A DNA stretch of 63,089 nucleotides, filler included, from Kipferlia bialata (Eukaryota): NCBI GenBank assembly GCA_003568945.1. It is 6 parts of 6 records of this genome, joined end to end, with 100 filler letters (N's around TTAATTAATTAA, not from the genome) between each part and the next. Parts side by side here need not be neighbours in the genome. Positions count along the whole stretch, not along the records: positions 48,794 to 60,884 come from BDIP01001136.1; positions 60,985 to 63,089 come from BDIP01001269.1; 4 more parts are not named here. One strand, written 5' to 3'. Below the pieces are notes generated by a model. It had not been told where the DNA came from. It did no database searches and worked only from the letters and a program-made list of their open reading frames with translations. The translations under genes were made by a program, and so were the position numbers. Below, in pieces: positions 53,166 to 63,089 of the stretch. Position 1 is the first letter of the stretch; each line of letters starts with the position of its first letter.

Positions 53166-55010
53166 TCAGACTCTGGGTGAATAGATGTATTCTGAAGTAT
53201 GTTGAGTCAACATTGTTGACCAACTTTCCCTGCCCCAGACTCTGGGGCCCAGAGTATTGAATCTGTACTGAAGGCACAACACTCCATTACATCTCTCTTC
53301 AATTCTTTTCTGGTTTATGATTAACAATAGGACTGAATAGTTTGTGGCAACCACTAATGTCTCGCTTGCTCTCTGCTGCAGACTCGTAGGAGTCCTCCCT
53401 TGATGTCTATACGTCTCTTTACACCTTCGTCTGCCCTCGTTGTCTCTCTCTTTCTCTCTGGTATAGACTCTTAACTCTAGAGTCAATCCCGTGACTGTTC
53501 TATACTATGCGAACTGCTAGATGATTTCACCTAAATCAAATCATCTGCACAAGGGGGGTTTCTGCTTCTGTATCTCTTTCTATGCGTCTATTAATCCATG
53601 ACTAATAGTAACAATTCAATGTGATACTTGTCAATACTAGTGAAACACTTGTTCACACCATCTCGCACAGGCGGGGTGGCTGGCTACCAATGTCAAACTG
53701 GATGACACTCATGGACGAGCAGGGGCGCTTGCGCATTACAGCCCTGGTATTGAGAGTCATTCCGCTGATACTGGGTATGGATCTTCTAAACATAATAGAA
53801 TACTTCTTTCTAGAGTACCAAATAGTAGATGGTATTAGGATCCCACATGGGAACACGGACCACGCGAAATAGCGTATCTTCACTAAAATGAGATTGGAAT
53901 ATGGAGTATCGTATACCCTACCTGAGTGTCCTCTTGTTTGATTCCTGGATAGAGGCGCACACAGCGAATCCCGCACAATCTGTGATGTTAAGGAAGAAAG
54001 AGATACAAAGAATATCCATACACAATTACTAGTATATATATTACGTCTACGCACAATAATGCCTATATAAAACCTTCAGTATATACCCCACCCTCCTAGA
54101 TATAGAGTAGAACTACTCATGTTCTGGCAAATGAGCACTCAAATACAACATGAACACAAATATAGCCGCACCTTGCACAACACAACGATGTAGTTCCAAA
54201 CTATTGGTAGAGACTTTCTATGGATACAGAGATAGAGCGAGAGTCTACAAATGCATACCTGCACACTGAGGGAGAAATCTGCCTAACTTGGAGAGACCTG
54301 GTGCTGTGGTGAGGGAATGGGAGACAAGATGACAAGTGAACACAATGTGTTCAACACATATCAAAGACAAGAGACAACACACTATACTATCACTCTATCC
54401 CCAGCTACATAGGGTTAGGATAACACAGCTAGCCGCTTAGATCAGTAACTCTGGAGGGCAACTCCTGGTACTGTCGAATTGCCTAGTTGTATACATCTAC
54501 GTGCCTTCCAAACACTGCCAGGTGTTCGTCACTGTGTCATAAGCCGCAAAGGGGGCCTACTATCAGGGTGAAGAAAAGATAGGGGTAGAGAGAGAAAGGA
54601 AGCGTAAGGTAAAAGTAGTTACAGGTAGTTACAGGTAGTTTCAGGTTTAGAAAGGGGACAGAGAAGTAGCTGATGCTTCTTTCATAGGCCTCATAGGGGG
54701 CATAGAGTAAAGTGAGGCAAAAGAGTACGACAGACTGATGTTGTATATGTCAAAGGCCACAGCAGTATATATCAGGAGGGTGCAGAATGAGAGGGAGGAG
54801 AGAAATATTACATGAAAGAGATTGCGTTTTGCAGTGCACAATTCTGTATGAATAGTCACTGTTCAACAGTGGCATAGTGGTTTAGCCATATTACTAATGT
54901 ATATATGACTCATAAAATATGAGCCACATAACAAGAATCCGTGTGGATACCTCGTCGGTTGATGGTACCTCCAGGGCCGTGCGCTTCGAGTACCGGCCTA
55001 CGACTCTCCT
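53166..55010 (-). CDS. Probable divergent Kelch-like multi-exon gene or pseudogene
   Basis: Several minus-strand AG-exon-GT units, including AAYDTVTNTWQCLEG (Kelch-like). I could not build a fully in-phase model. Confidence 0.3.
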
Positions 55011-55108
55011 AAACGTTAACAGGTATAATCAAACGTGCGACAGAGGCTAGAAATCGGGCTTTTAGAGCGGTAGCGGAGATATGAAACAAGGAGTATATGA
55101 TACATGAT

Positions 55109-55210
55109 ACGCGACCTCATCACTATGTGGCGCGTAATAATATGACGCGACTTACGCGAGTCGCGTAATAATATGAGGTCGCGTAACGCGACCTCATCAC
55201 TATGTGGCGC
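55109..55210. repeat. ACGCG-rich element with direct and inverted repeats
   Basis: 25-nt direct repeat ACGCGACCTCATCACTATGTGGCGC (55109-55133 and 55186-55210). Hairpins ACGCGACT-N6-AGTCGCGT (55145-55166) and ATGAGGTCGCGT-A-ACGCGACCTCAT (55173-55197). Confidence 0.85.
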
Positions 55211-55479
55211 CCAACAGTAACTGCGGTGCTGTTTGTGTGCATGTTGCGGGAAGAAAACTGAACATCGCTCAGTGTGATCCCTAGTGTACTGCGGCTGAAA
55301 CACAGAACATCCCACCTAGCCCTGAAAGTAGCAGTGAACGAGATATTATAGGCAAAATTGTATTTCTGGGAGTATTAGTAGCACATACATCTAAGTTGTA
55401 CGTCACTGTCTGCATCATTACAGTATACAGTGCTAATATCTTATTGTCATCAAAGTGATCACGTTGTATCCTGCTATAC

Positions 55480-58400
55480 GGTATAGCCTATACCTGCTGT
55501 AGGTACTGTCGTCAGTGTATCTGACCCAGGTGCCTTCGGATGTCAGATAGCCACGACCTATCGTTAGGACAATTATGGTGTGTTGAAAGATACACAGAGT
55601 AAACATGTCACCATATGCACAATATCATACACATATCCATAACACATTCACAGTAGGACTTATATACACTCTCTTTCCTCTACAATTTCAGCCGGATTGT
55701 GAAAGACACATGTGGGTATCTGGATCGTGATGTTTAGTACACAGTGTACTTCAATATAATATGTGTACCTAGCACGTGGAAGGTACCCTCCACAGTGGCA
55801 GAGAGTTGCTGGTAGTCTGCGAGTGTACTCGTGCCTGAGTGTAAGCTGGTTAGCGGAATATACTCTATCGTAGACTCTATGATAGAGATTGCAGGACGGA
55901 TGGGAGAGCAATGTGACGTATAACAGCAAGAATTTGGCGAAATATACAAAGAAAATGGATCGAGAGACAGATAATGGAAAGAGAATGAATGCGTCCCATT
56001 ATGGTATGCTCAGCGTAATACGCTGTGACTGCTGCAATACTGACAATTATCAATGTACGTCGCATGTTGAACCGGATACGTGGTGCATACCTTGGGACGG
56101 ACGCCATATTTCCCTCTCAAGTCTTGAGTGCCTCTCAAGATCGTCCACCTGTTATGTAAGGGGAGCGAAGGACTTCAATTCAGCTCTGACGTTACCTTCC
56201 AGTGGGATTCGTTCCTGCGACCAACAGGTGTGTATCTGGCAGTGAGAAGAAGTGACTGAGGGACGAGGAAAATGAAGAGAGAGAAAGCCTGGGATGTCGT
56301 GAACCGATAGCAGCAAAGACATGGATTACCGATCAGTAAGGGTTACATGAGGGATATGTACCTTGCAATAGAGTCTGATCCGACAAGGAATAGGTTGTCG
56401 TTCAGCACAGTTGCCTGGATATAAGGGTGAGAGAGGAATCAGTGTATACGTCTAACTTAGGATCACTGAGAAAACACACGTGTATATACTATCCTCTGTT
56501 GGGAGAAGACGTCCTCCCCTTTGCATGTGAAAGAACACGTATACCATACCTGTGCTTCCATCACATTGAACGGTCTGCTACCACTGATGTGGTATCCAAA
56601 CCTGTCGTTGGTAGGTAATACTAATGAATCTTACTGACTATATTGAGCCCATATAAATGGTGTATTGAGATATCAGTACCAATAGAATCACTACCTGCCG
56701 TGGAGGGAATTAGGCATCCCCATAGACTTGAATGTCAGAGAGTCAAGGCAGAACTCGAACCTGTGTAAGCATCTGAATACAACAATACACTATGCTGTCA
56801 TATAGTGCGCTGAGGCTCAGCGGCTGAGCGAATTGGACTACCCACGGGCGAAGAACATAGAATAGTGTTAGGTGTTGGACACACAAGAAATACATTCTGA
56901 CGAATTATGAGTGAGAAAGTTACTCACATTTTGGGAACTAGCAACCGTTGGTGGCCTTTGATCTTCTGAACAATTAGCATTTATGGTACATAGAATGGCA
57001 ATGATACCTTCAAAGAAATCGGACATATGATAGTGATGCCTGAATTGAAACAATATGATACTCCAATTGAAAATAATTGCACCACACAGGTCCCATATTG
57101 TAATGGAGGCACATACCTCGGTGTGAAGGGCTAGGTACACTATTGACCCTGCTCTTCCAAGACACCTAATTGTGTGAAAAGGGCCAGAAAGAGATACACA
57201 GAGAGAGTATCAGTGAGATACCTTCTAAAATAGTATCTAGAAGAGATACATGAATAGAGAGAGTGGGAAAGAGAGACATACCTTCCAAAGTAGTATCTTG
57301 AAGGCAGTTGGATGGGCCCAGTCACGTCCACAACCTTGTGCTCCCTCACAGAGTGTCTAACAACACCCACTTGGGTCAGTCAGTGGGAGAGAGTACATAG
57401 ATAGCAAGTGTAAATGACACTCCCGTATGGGATAAAGAGAGAGAGAGATGCAATAAATGGGAGCCAGTAGTACTGACCCAGTACTGAAAACGTGATTCGC
57501 GATACAACGCATATACATTCTGAGGGAATATAGACATATGTTGATATACAAAACAACTTGAACTGAGATAGTTCTACTGCCTTTACTTCATTAGTTATAT
57601 GCAATTAACCATGTAATAATTACATTGTAATTAGTAAATATTTACTATCAGATACGTTATTTATATATATATATATATATTAGTATATAGAAATATGATA
57701 TATAGTACATATATACCTGAACTGAGATAGTTCTCCATCCTGTCGTCCTCCTTGTTGTAGCCCTAGGATGAGGTTAATTCATTGCAACAGGATTAAGAAA
57801 TATATTGCACCATAATTATTGCTATGTGATTATGCATATATATCTATATATCCCAGAGAAAGGGGGACAAAACCGCAAAACACATCCTGTCATCGTAGGG
57901 TGAGTGGACCACTCACTGAGTGGTCTCCATATGAATTTATGCCATCATACCAATTTAGACGGGGAGACAGAGAGAGAGCAGAGACAGTATGAGGAAGAAT
58001 ATTTTAGAGAAGTGACAGGAAGATAAGAAATTCAATCACAGATACTTGAAGCTGTACTCACCCACAGCGTCGTGTCGGGTCCGATTGAGGCAACAGGTCT
58101 AGGGTCAGAGAGGGTGAGAAACACATAAGAGTAAGATACATACACGTTGGAGAGAGTGTATGGAACACAGGCACACCATACATAAGAGAGAGAGAAGACA
58201 GAGTTAGAGAAGAGGGCAATTTGCCCTCTTCTCTAACTCTGTCTTTGCCCTGGGCAATAGAGAGAGAGGGCCCTACCTCCCTAGGCGCAGACCCGGGTGG
58301 GACACGTCGATGTGACAGACCACAGTGGCATCAAACTCGACGGGACAGTGGTCGGCTGGCCTGATATAAGGGGGGAGGGGTAGAGAGAGAAGAAACAAAC

Positions 58401-59558
58401 GACTGGAGAGGTCTGGTGGAGCTCTAGTTGGCTGGATTGATATAAAGAGGGTAGAGAGAGGGGGAACGGTATCCACACCTCTGGCGAGTGGAACAGTCTG
58501 AGCTGTGAGAGACAAACTCATGTGTGGCACCCTTGCGCTTGCCCTGTGGTGAAGAATGGATGTGACAGACATGCATGTCTATGATATATATGAGATAGAC
58601 TCTATCTATGTATCTATACATATACATATGTGTGTGTGTGTGTGGTGAAGACTGGTCTGACAGAACATACATATGTAAATACATATAAATACATGGAATC
58701 CATTATATTGATTGCACTATACACTAGACCTGGTTGAAGAGAAAGAGGAATACAATGATATGAAGATAGTATGGGAGGAATACGAATCCTCGAGGACTCA
58801 GAAGGAAAGAGAGAACCAACCTTCTTGAAAGAGAGCAGCTTGAAGTGCTTAGCAGGCTGTTCCCATCTATGAGATCTGGCCTTGTCGGAATACCTGGTAT
58901 ATACAAAGAGACAGTTCATACAAGACTATACATATAGTAATTACGTACTTATAGAACACTTCTCTCCCACAGCGCCTTCAAAGAGAGAGAGATAATAGTG
59001 GGGGGGAGAGGGGGGAGGAAGAACTAGGTACCTGACAACACACTCCCCGCACTGACAGGCAATGTAGTTGGCTTTTCCTGACATTGGAGGGGGAAAGAGG
59101 GAATGAAAAGAGTTTGGAGTAGGCTTCTAGTGAAGTCGGGTTGGGGATGAAGAGAGGCGGGACGGGGGGGGGGCATATGTATATAGTACACCAGAATGCT
59201 GCTGGGGCCCATGTCCCTCCAATACACACTAAATGATATGTATATGAGCGTATCTATTGAAGAGATTCGATATCAGTGCTGGAATATGTCTGGTATGAAG
59301 TCTATCCATCACAGTATGCACCTGTTACCCTGACACATGTCCCACCAATGTGTGTGTGTAGGATCATATCTGTATTACCATTGGTATCTAGAGTACATTA
59401 TAAGTATAAATTAGTATATTTAGTACATGTTTACCTGTTGTCCTGGCCCATGTCCCCCCAGACCCCTCACTCATGGTCTCTATCAACTCCTCCAGTGATG
59501 CATAGCGCTTCTCCCACAAGCTGGCCCCCAGGAACGACGTCTCACAGTGAGACGCCAT
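55480..59558 (-). CDS. Divergent Kelch/beta-propeller-like protein, many short exons (possibly two genes)
   Basis: ATG at 59558 (MASHCETSFLGASLWEK...). In-phase exons such as PVASIGPDTTLW-GYNKEDD, RYYFGR-CLGRAGSIVYL, FEFCLDSLTF and ATVLNDNLFLVG. The 3' boundary is uncertain. Confidence 0.5.
58195..58257. repeat. Perfect 25-bp-arm palindrome plus adjacent 6-bp palindrome, in an intron
   Basis: AAGACAGAGTTAGAGAAGAGGGCAA-T-TTGCCCTCTTCTCTAACTCTGTCTT (58195-58245), then TTGCCC-T-GGGCAA. Confidence 0.9.
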
Positions 59559-60019
59559 ATATATATGCTGCTTAAGAAGATGTATCATTCAATATCTACC
59601 TGTCCAACTATTCAACTAAAGGGTCCAGTCAAATCCAATGATTTCCGTTTGATTTCCGTGACTAGGTACAGTGCTCGATACGGGCATTTGTGTCGAGGTC
59701 AAGTGCCCCAACCGTTTCAAGCCATGACACAAGATCGTCCTTGCTAGCCTCCACCAAGAGGTGCTAGCCACCAGTCTACTCCTTGGTATTTCATTGCCTT
59801 CATTTCAGTCTATTCAGGCTCCTAACCACACTCTCACTTCTAGTGTTTATTATATGCCTATACCAGCCTATTGTGATGAAAAGCATAGAAGAAAAGGTGT
59901 TCAAAAGAGGGTAATGACGTGTTGAAATGACGTATACTGAAGTAACATAGTAGGAGACACTTAGTCCAGTGAGAACACCCATCTTCAATCAATGTCAACT
60001 ACCGGTGGTATACTATTAT

Positions 60020-60440
60020 TGATGACATATATTCTCACTCGTATACAATGGTCATGGTAGGGGAATTCTCAAGTGAACTCAAGGATTGCCGATTCTCCGA
60101 TTATGTGAATATGGGTGCAATGATTGTGGGTTCGAAATGCAATAATGTATGATTACCCATAGGAATGAATAATTAGTATTTCATCCATCACAGCAGTTGA
60201 TATTCGACAATGGACAAGTGAGAATAAATCTCATTTACCATTTTCAATGCATTCTCCAAAAGAATAGAAATACTCAAGAATCTAAATGGTTATTACCAGT
60301 TGAGTGTATATCCCACAATCCTGTCAACAATGGGACAAGTCCCAAGCCGGAAGGGTATGTGTTGACAAGTCAAATGGGAATGTGCTACCTCTGGTTTACT
60401 GTAAGTAATAGTAATCCAGTTATAGTCTATAACTGGCATT
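60020..60440 (-). pseudogene. Degenerate tandem copy of the neighbouring 60452-60884 gene
   Basis: TGACATATATTCTCACTCGTATACAATGGTCA (~60023) resembles TGACATACATTCTCACTCAGATACAATGGTCA (~60440), i.e. ...TMTIVYE* versus ...TLTIVSE*. The upstream frame has several stops. Confidence 0.4.
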
Positions 60441-60451
60441 GACATACATTC

Positions 60452-60884
60452 TCACTCAGATACAATGGTCAATGTTGCGGACAGATCTGGGTATCTGGTG
60501 TACACCTTCAAAGAAATTCTTGCCTCCTCACCCTCTGTACATGAATGTGTACTGGTGTTGCCATTGTAACCCACGAAGGTGACCTCTGTGTCATTGCGTG
60601 TGCAGGTCACTCTCTGGTGCCGCCCGTCACTCACCATTATCCTCTTTACGGGTTCAACGGTCCACAGTGACACATTGCCACGAGACACTAGTGTGAACTC
60701 GGCGGCCCTAGGTGGTACAATGACAGTCACTAAATCAGTCATGTTTGTTCCAGCATTTGGACACAGACCCACATTCACCACTGTCTCTGATGCATAGTCA
60801 GACACCTCGAACCTAGGCTCTTGAATGACAGTGGGTGCCTGATCACCCTCTGGAAACACAGCCCCCTCACTCCTACCAACCCCC
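60452..60884 (-). CDS. Beta-rich hypothetical protein, terminal exon, 5'-truncated at linker
   Basis: Clean, non-repetitive ORF of >135 codons (EPRFEVSDYASETVVNVGLCP...ARISLKVYTRYPDLSATLTIVSE*). Confidence 0.55.
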
Positions 60885-61143
60885 NNNNNNNNNNNNNNNN
60901 NNNNNNNNNNNNNNNNNNNNNNNNNNNNTTAATTAATTAANNNNNNNNNNNNNNNNNNNNNNNNNNNNNNNNNNNNNNNNNNNNTTTCCATGATCCCTTT
61001 GTTTCCCCCCCCCCCCCCCCCCACGCAATGCCTCCCCGTTTCCACCACTATCCTCTCTCTTTGTACCCATTGACCCCCAGGAAGAGAGGTTAATTACATA
61101 AATATATATGCCACATACACTGTCTTTACCAATTGACCCCTAG

Positions 61144-62030
61144 GAAGAGGGGCGTGTCCCTCGGCCTTGTCCTCACTGCACTCCTGGGTGAGTGTATGCG
61201 TATATGTGTATATATGTATATATTGTATGGACATTGTTTGTATTTACTGGTATATATATATGTATGTATTCCTGGGTGAGTGTATGCTTGTGAATGTGTA
61301 TATATGCGTGTATTGGATTTTACTGTTTGTTGTTATATCAACGCCCTCACCCCAGTCATATCCGTCATCTCTCTCTATGTATGGGCATTATATATATTGA
61401 AGGTTTTGCATATATATACAAGTATATATTGTATTGGAATATGTCTCACCCCCAGTCATTGCCATCATGTGTGTATATTATTATGTATGACAATGTGTTA
61501 TATACTATTATGTCAGTATATCCATACCCCTCACCCCCAGTCATTGCCATCATGTCTGTCAAGATCAACGCCCTGGGCATGACACACCTCGCCCATGTCG
61601 GGTATGTGGCAGTGTATATATATATATCATACAAATGCAATATATATGTATTGTATGTATCTCATTGTTCCCATTTCTCCCACTTGCACACCTCTCACCA
61701 CAGCCCCACCAACCTCTTTGACGAGTCTGGTGCCTTCGTCGCCATCTTCCTCGCCCTCCCAATCTTCGCCAACGCCCTGATCGGAACACTGCTCCTGGCC
61801 GTCGCCACTGTGCGCCTCCTCGGTACGGTAGTGTATATATCCTTGTACATATGTTCATATGTTTTCCCCTTGTGTGTTTGTCTCATATCAATGGGTATAA
61901 ACCAATGCAGTTGTGTATACGTATATTGTATATCTGTATGTCTCTGACCACCCAGGCGAGTACAAGACTGAGATGAAGGAGCAGGAGGAGGCAGAGGAGA
62001 AGAAGGCTGAGGTACATAGGGATATATATG

Positions 62031-62061
<31 letters not shown>

Positions 62062-62616
62062 ACATACATACGGAGCAGGTCGGGGAGAAGGAGGCTGAGG
62101 TGGGGGCAGATGCATTCTTGTGTGTGCACATTCATATTTGTATATATGTATGTCTATTTATCTTGAGTGTATGTAGTGACCCCAGTCCCCCGAGGGAGAG
62201 AAGAAGGAGGGAGAGAAGGAGGCTGAGGAGGCTGCCCCCGAGATCCCCGCTGAGGACGAGGAGACACCCGAGATGGAGGTATACATAAATATATATGTAT
62301 ATGCATATATATACATATATCAATTGTCATACATATATATACATGACATTGAGGACGAGGAGACACCCGAGATGGAGGTATATATATATGTATATGCATA
62401 TATATACATATATCAATGTCATACATATATATATACATGACATTGAGCACGAGGAGACACCCGAGATGGAGGTGTATATATATATGTATAGTCCACCTAT
62501 TCTCTCTCTCTATATATGTATTTATACATATATAGTCCACCTGCTCTTCTCTAACCTGTCAGGAGGGTGGAGAGACCCCCGCCGCCCCTGCCTTCGGCTT
62601 TGAGGAGAAGAAGTGA
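61144..62616 (+). CDS. TMEM18: TMEM18 family membrane protein, 5'-truncated, with acidic C-terminal tail
   Basis: LGLVLTALL-VIAIMSVKINALGMTHLAHVG-PTNLFDESGAFVAIFLALPIFANALIG matches TMEM18 AE.IN..AA.NW..FS..QYFDS.G.FIS..FS.PLL.N. Ends AFGFEEKK*, with TGA at 62614-62616. Confidence 0.8.
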
Positions 62617-63089
62617 AGAGGGAGAGATACTTCCAAGTAGAGAGATGCATAGTGTGGTGGATAGTACTGGACATGGATGGTGGTCCTTTGCTAGATGGTA
62701 TTATGAATAGACTGCACTCCATTGAACTACTTATCAACAATGTGAATGACACTGTCATTTAGTCTGCTGATCAAGCCTCTCAAATGTGTTCTGTTGCACC
62801 TTCTGGTGCACATCTGTGTTCAGATCCACATATTGAGAGGATGCACTGTCCGACATAACTAGAAGCGTAGGGGGAGAGGCAACCAGCTGCCCAGTCGTAC
62901 TTAGTACGGTACTATGTCATCTGAATAACGCCATAACCTCACGGCCTCTGTCTTAACACACATATCCACAGTGTGGACCACTCAATCTCTTTCATCTATA
63001 TCAGACATCACTAGAACCTGAAAACAAGCTACTAGGGTCCTTGAAGTACGCACTTGACATAAACATGGTAGTGACTACCCCACACAACT

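Noticed and set aside
410..62758. Most ORF-track entries rich in YIYI, LSLS, ERER, VCVC or PPPP/GGGG
   Set aside because: They are translations of (TA)n, (CT)n, (TG)n and homopolymer tracts, or antisense shadows of real exons (e.g. 34141-34578, 35492-35896, 43030-43416).
62755..63089. Possible minus-strand exons at the window end
   Set aside because: No consistent in-phase model or recognisable motif.
1..63089. tRNA, rRNA, transposase or reverse transcriptase genes
   Set aside because: None recognised by eye. A covariance-model or HMM scan would be needed to exclude small RNAs.

Overview
This is eukaryotic DNA, not prokaryotic. It is gene-dense and intron-rich (mostly GT-AG introns of ~50-500 nt) and full of (TA)n/(CT)n microsatellites. 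The branch point sits right against the 3' splice site (YTNAC-CCC-YAG). That style, plus axonemal dynein and Kelch/FG-GAP genes, suggests a flagellated metamonad, possibly Kipferlia bialata (inference only). Five identical 100-nt linkers (N44-TTAATTAATTAA-N44) split the window into scaffold pieces whose lengths fall steadily (>=12103, 12100, 12096, 12094, 12091 nt), so it is a length-sorted concatenation and gene order across linkers means nothing. Most of the supplied ORF track is microsatellite noise, so I assembled genes by hand from exons. Genes found: copine/RGLG-type vWA protein, Kelch proteins, arrestin-domain protein, PP2A B56 subunit, degenerate FAD-oxidoreductase-fold protein, LRR-GILT fusion, FG-GAP/Ig membrane protein, type II membrane protein with phage-tail-fibre-like motifs, RidA, MAEA/GID9, coiled-coil/filamin protein, FAM21/WASHC2, DNAH2-type dynein heavy chain and TMEM18. 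The most striking pattern is non-coding: many introns carry tandem, progressively decaying copies of their own splice junction plus exon edge. The true acceptor is the last copy and the true donor the first. All family calls come from recalled motifs; no database search was run.
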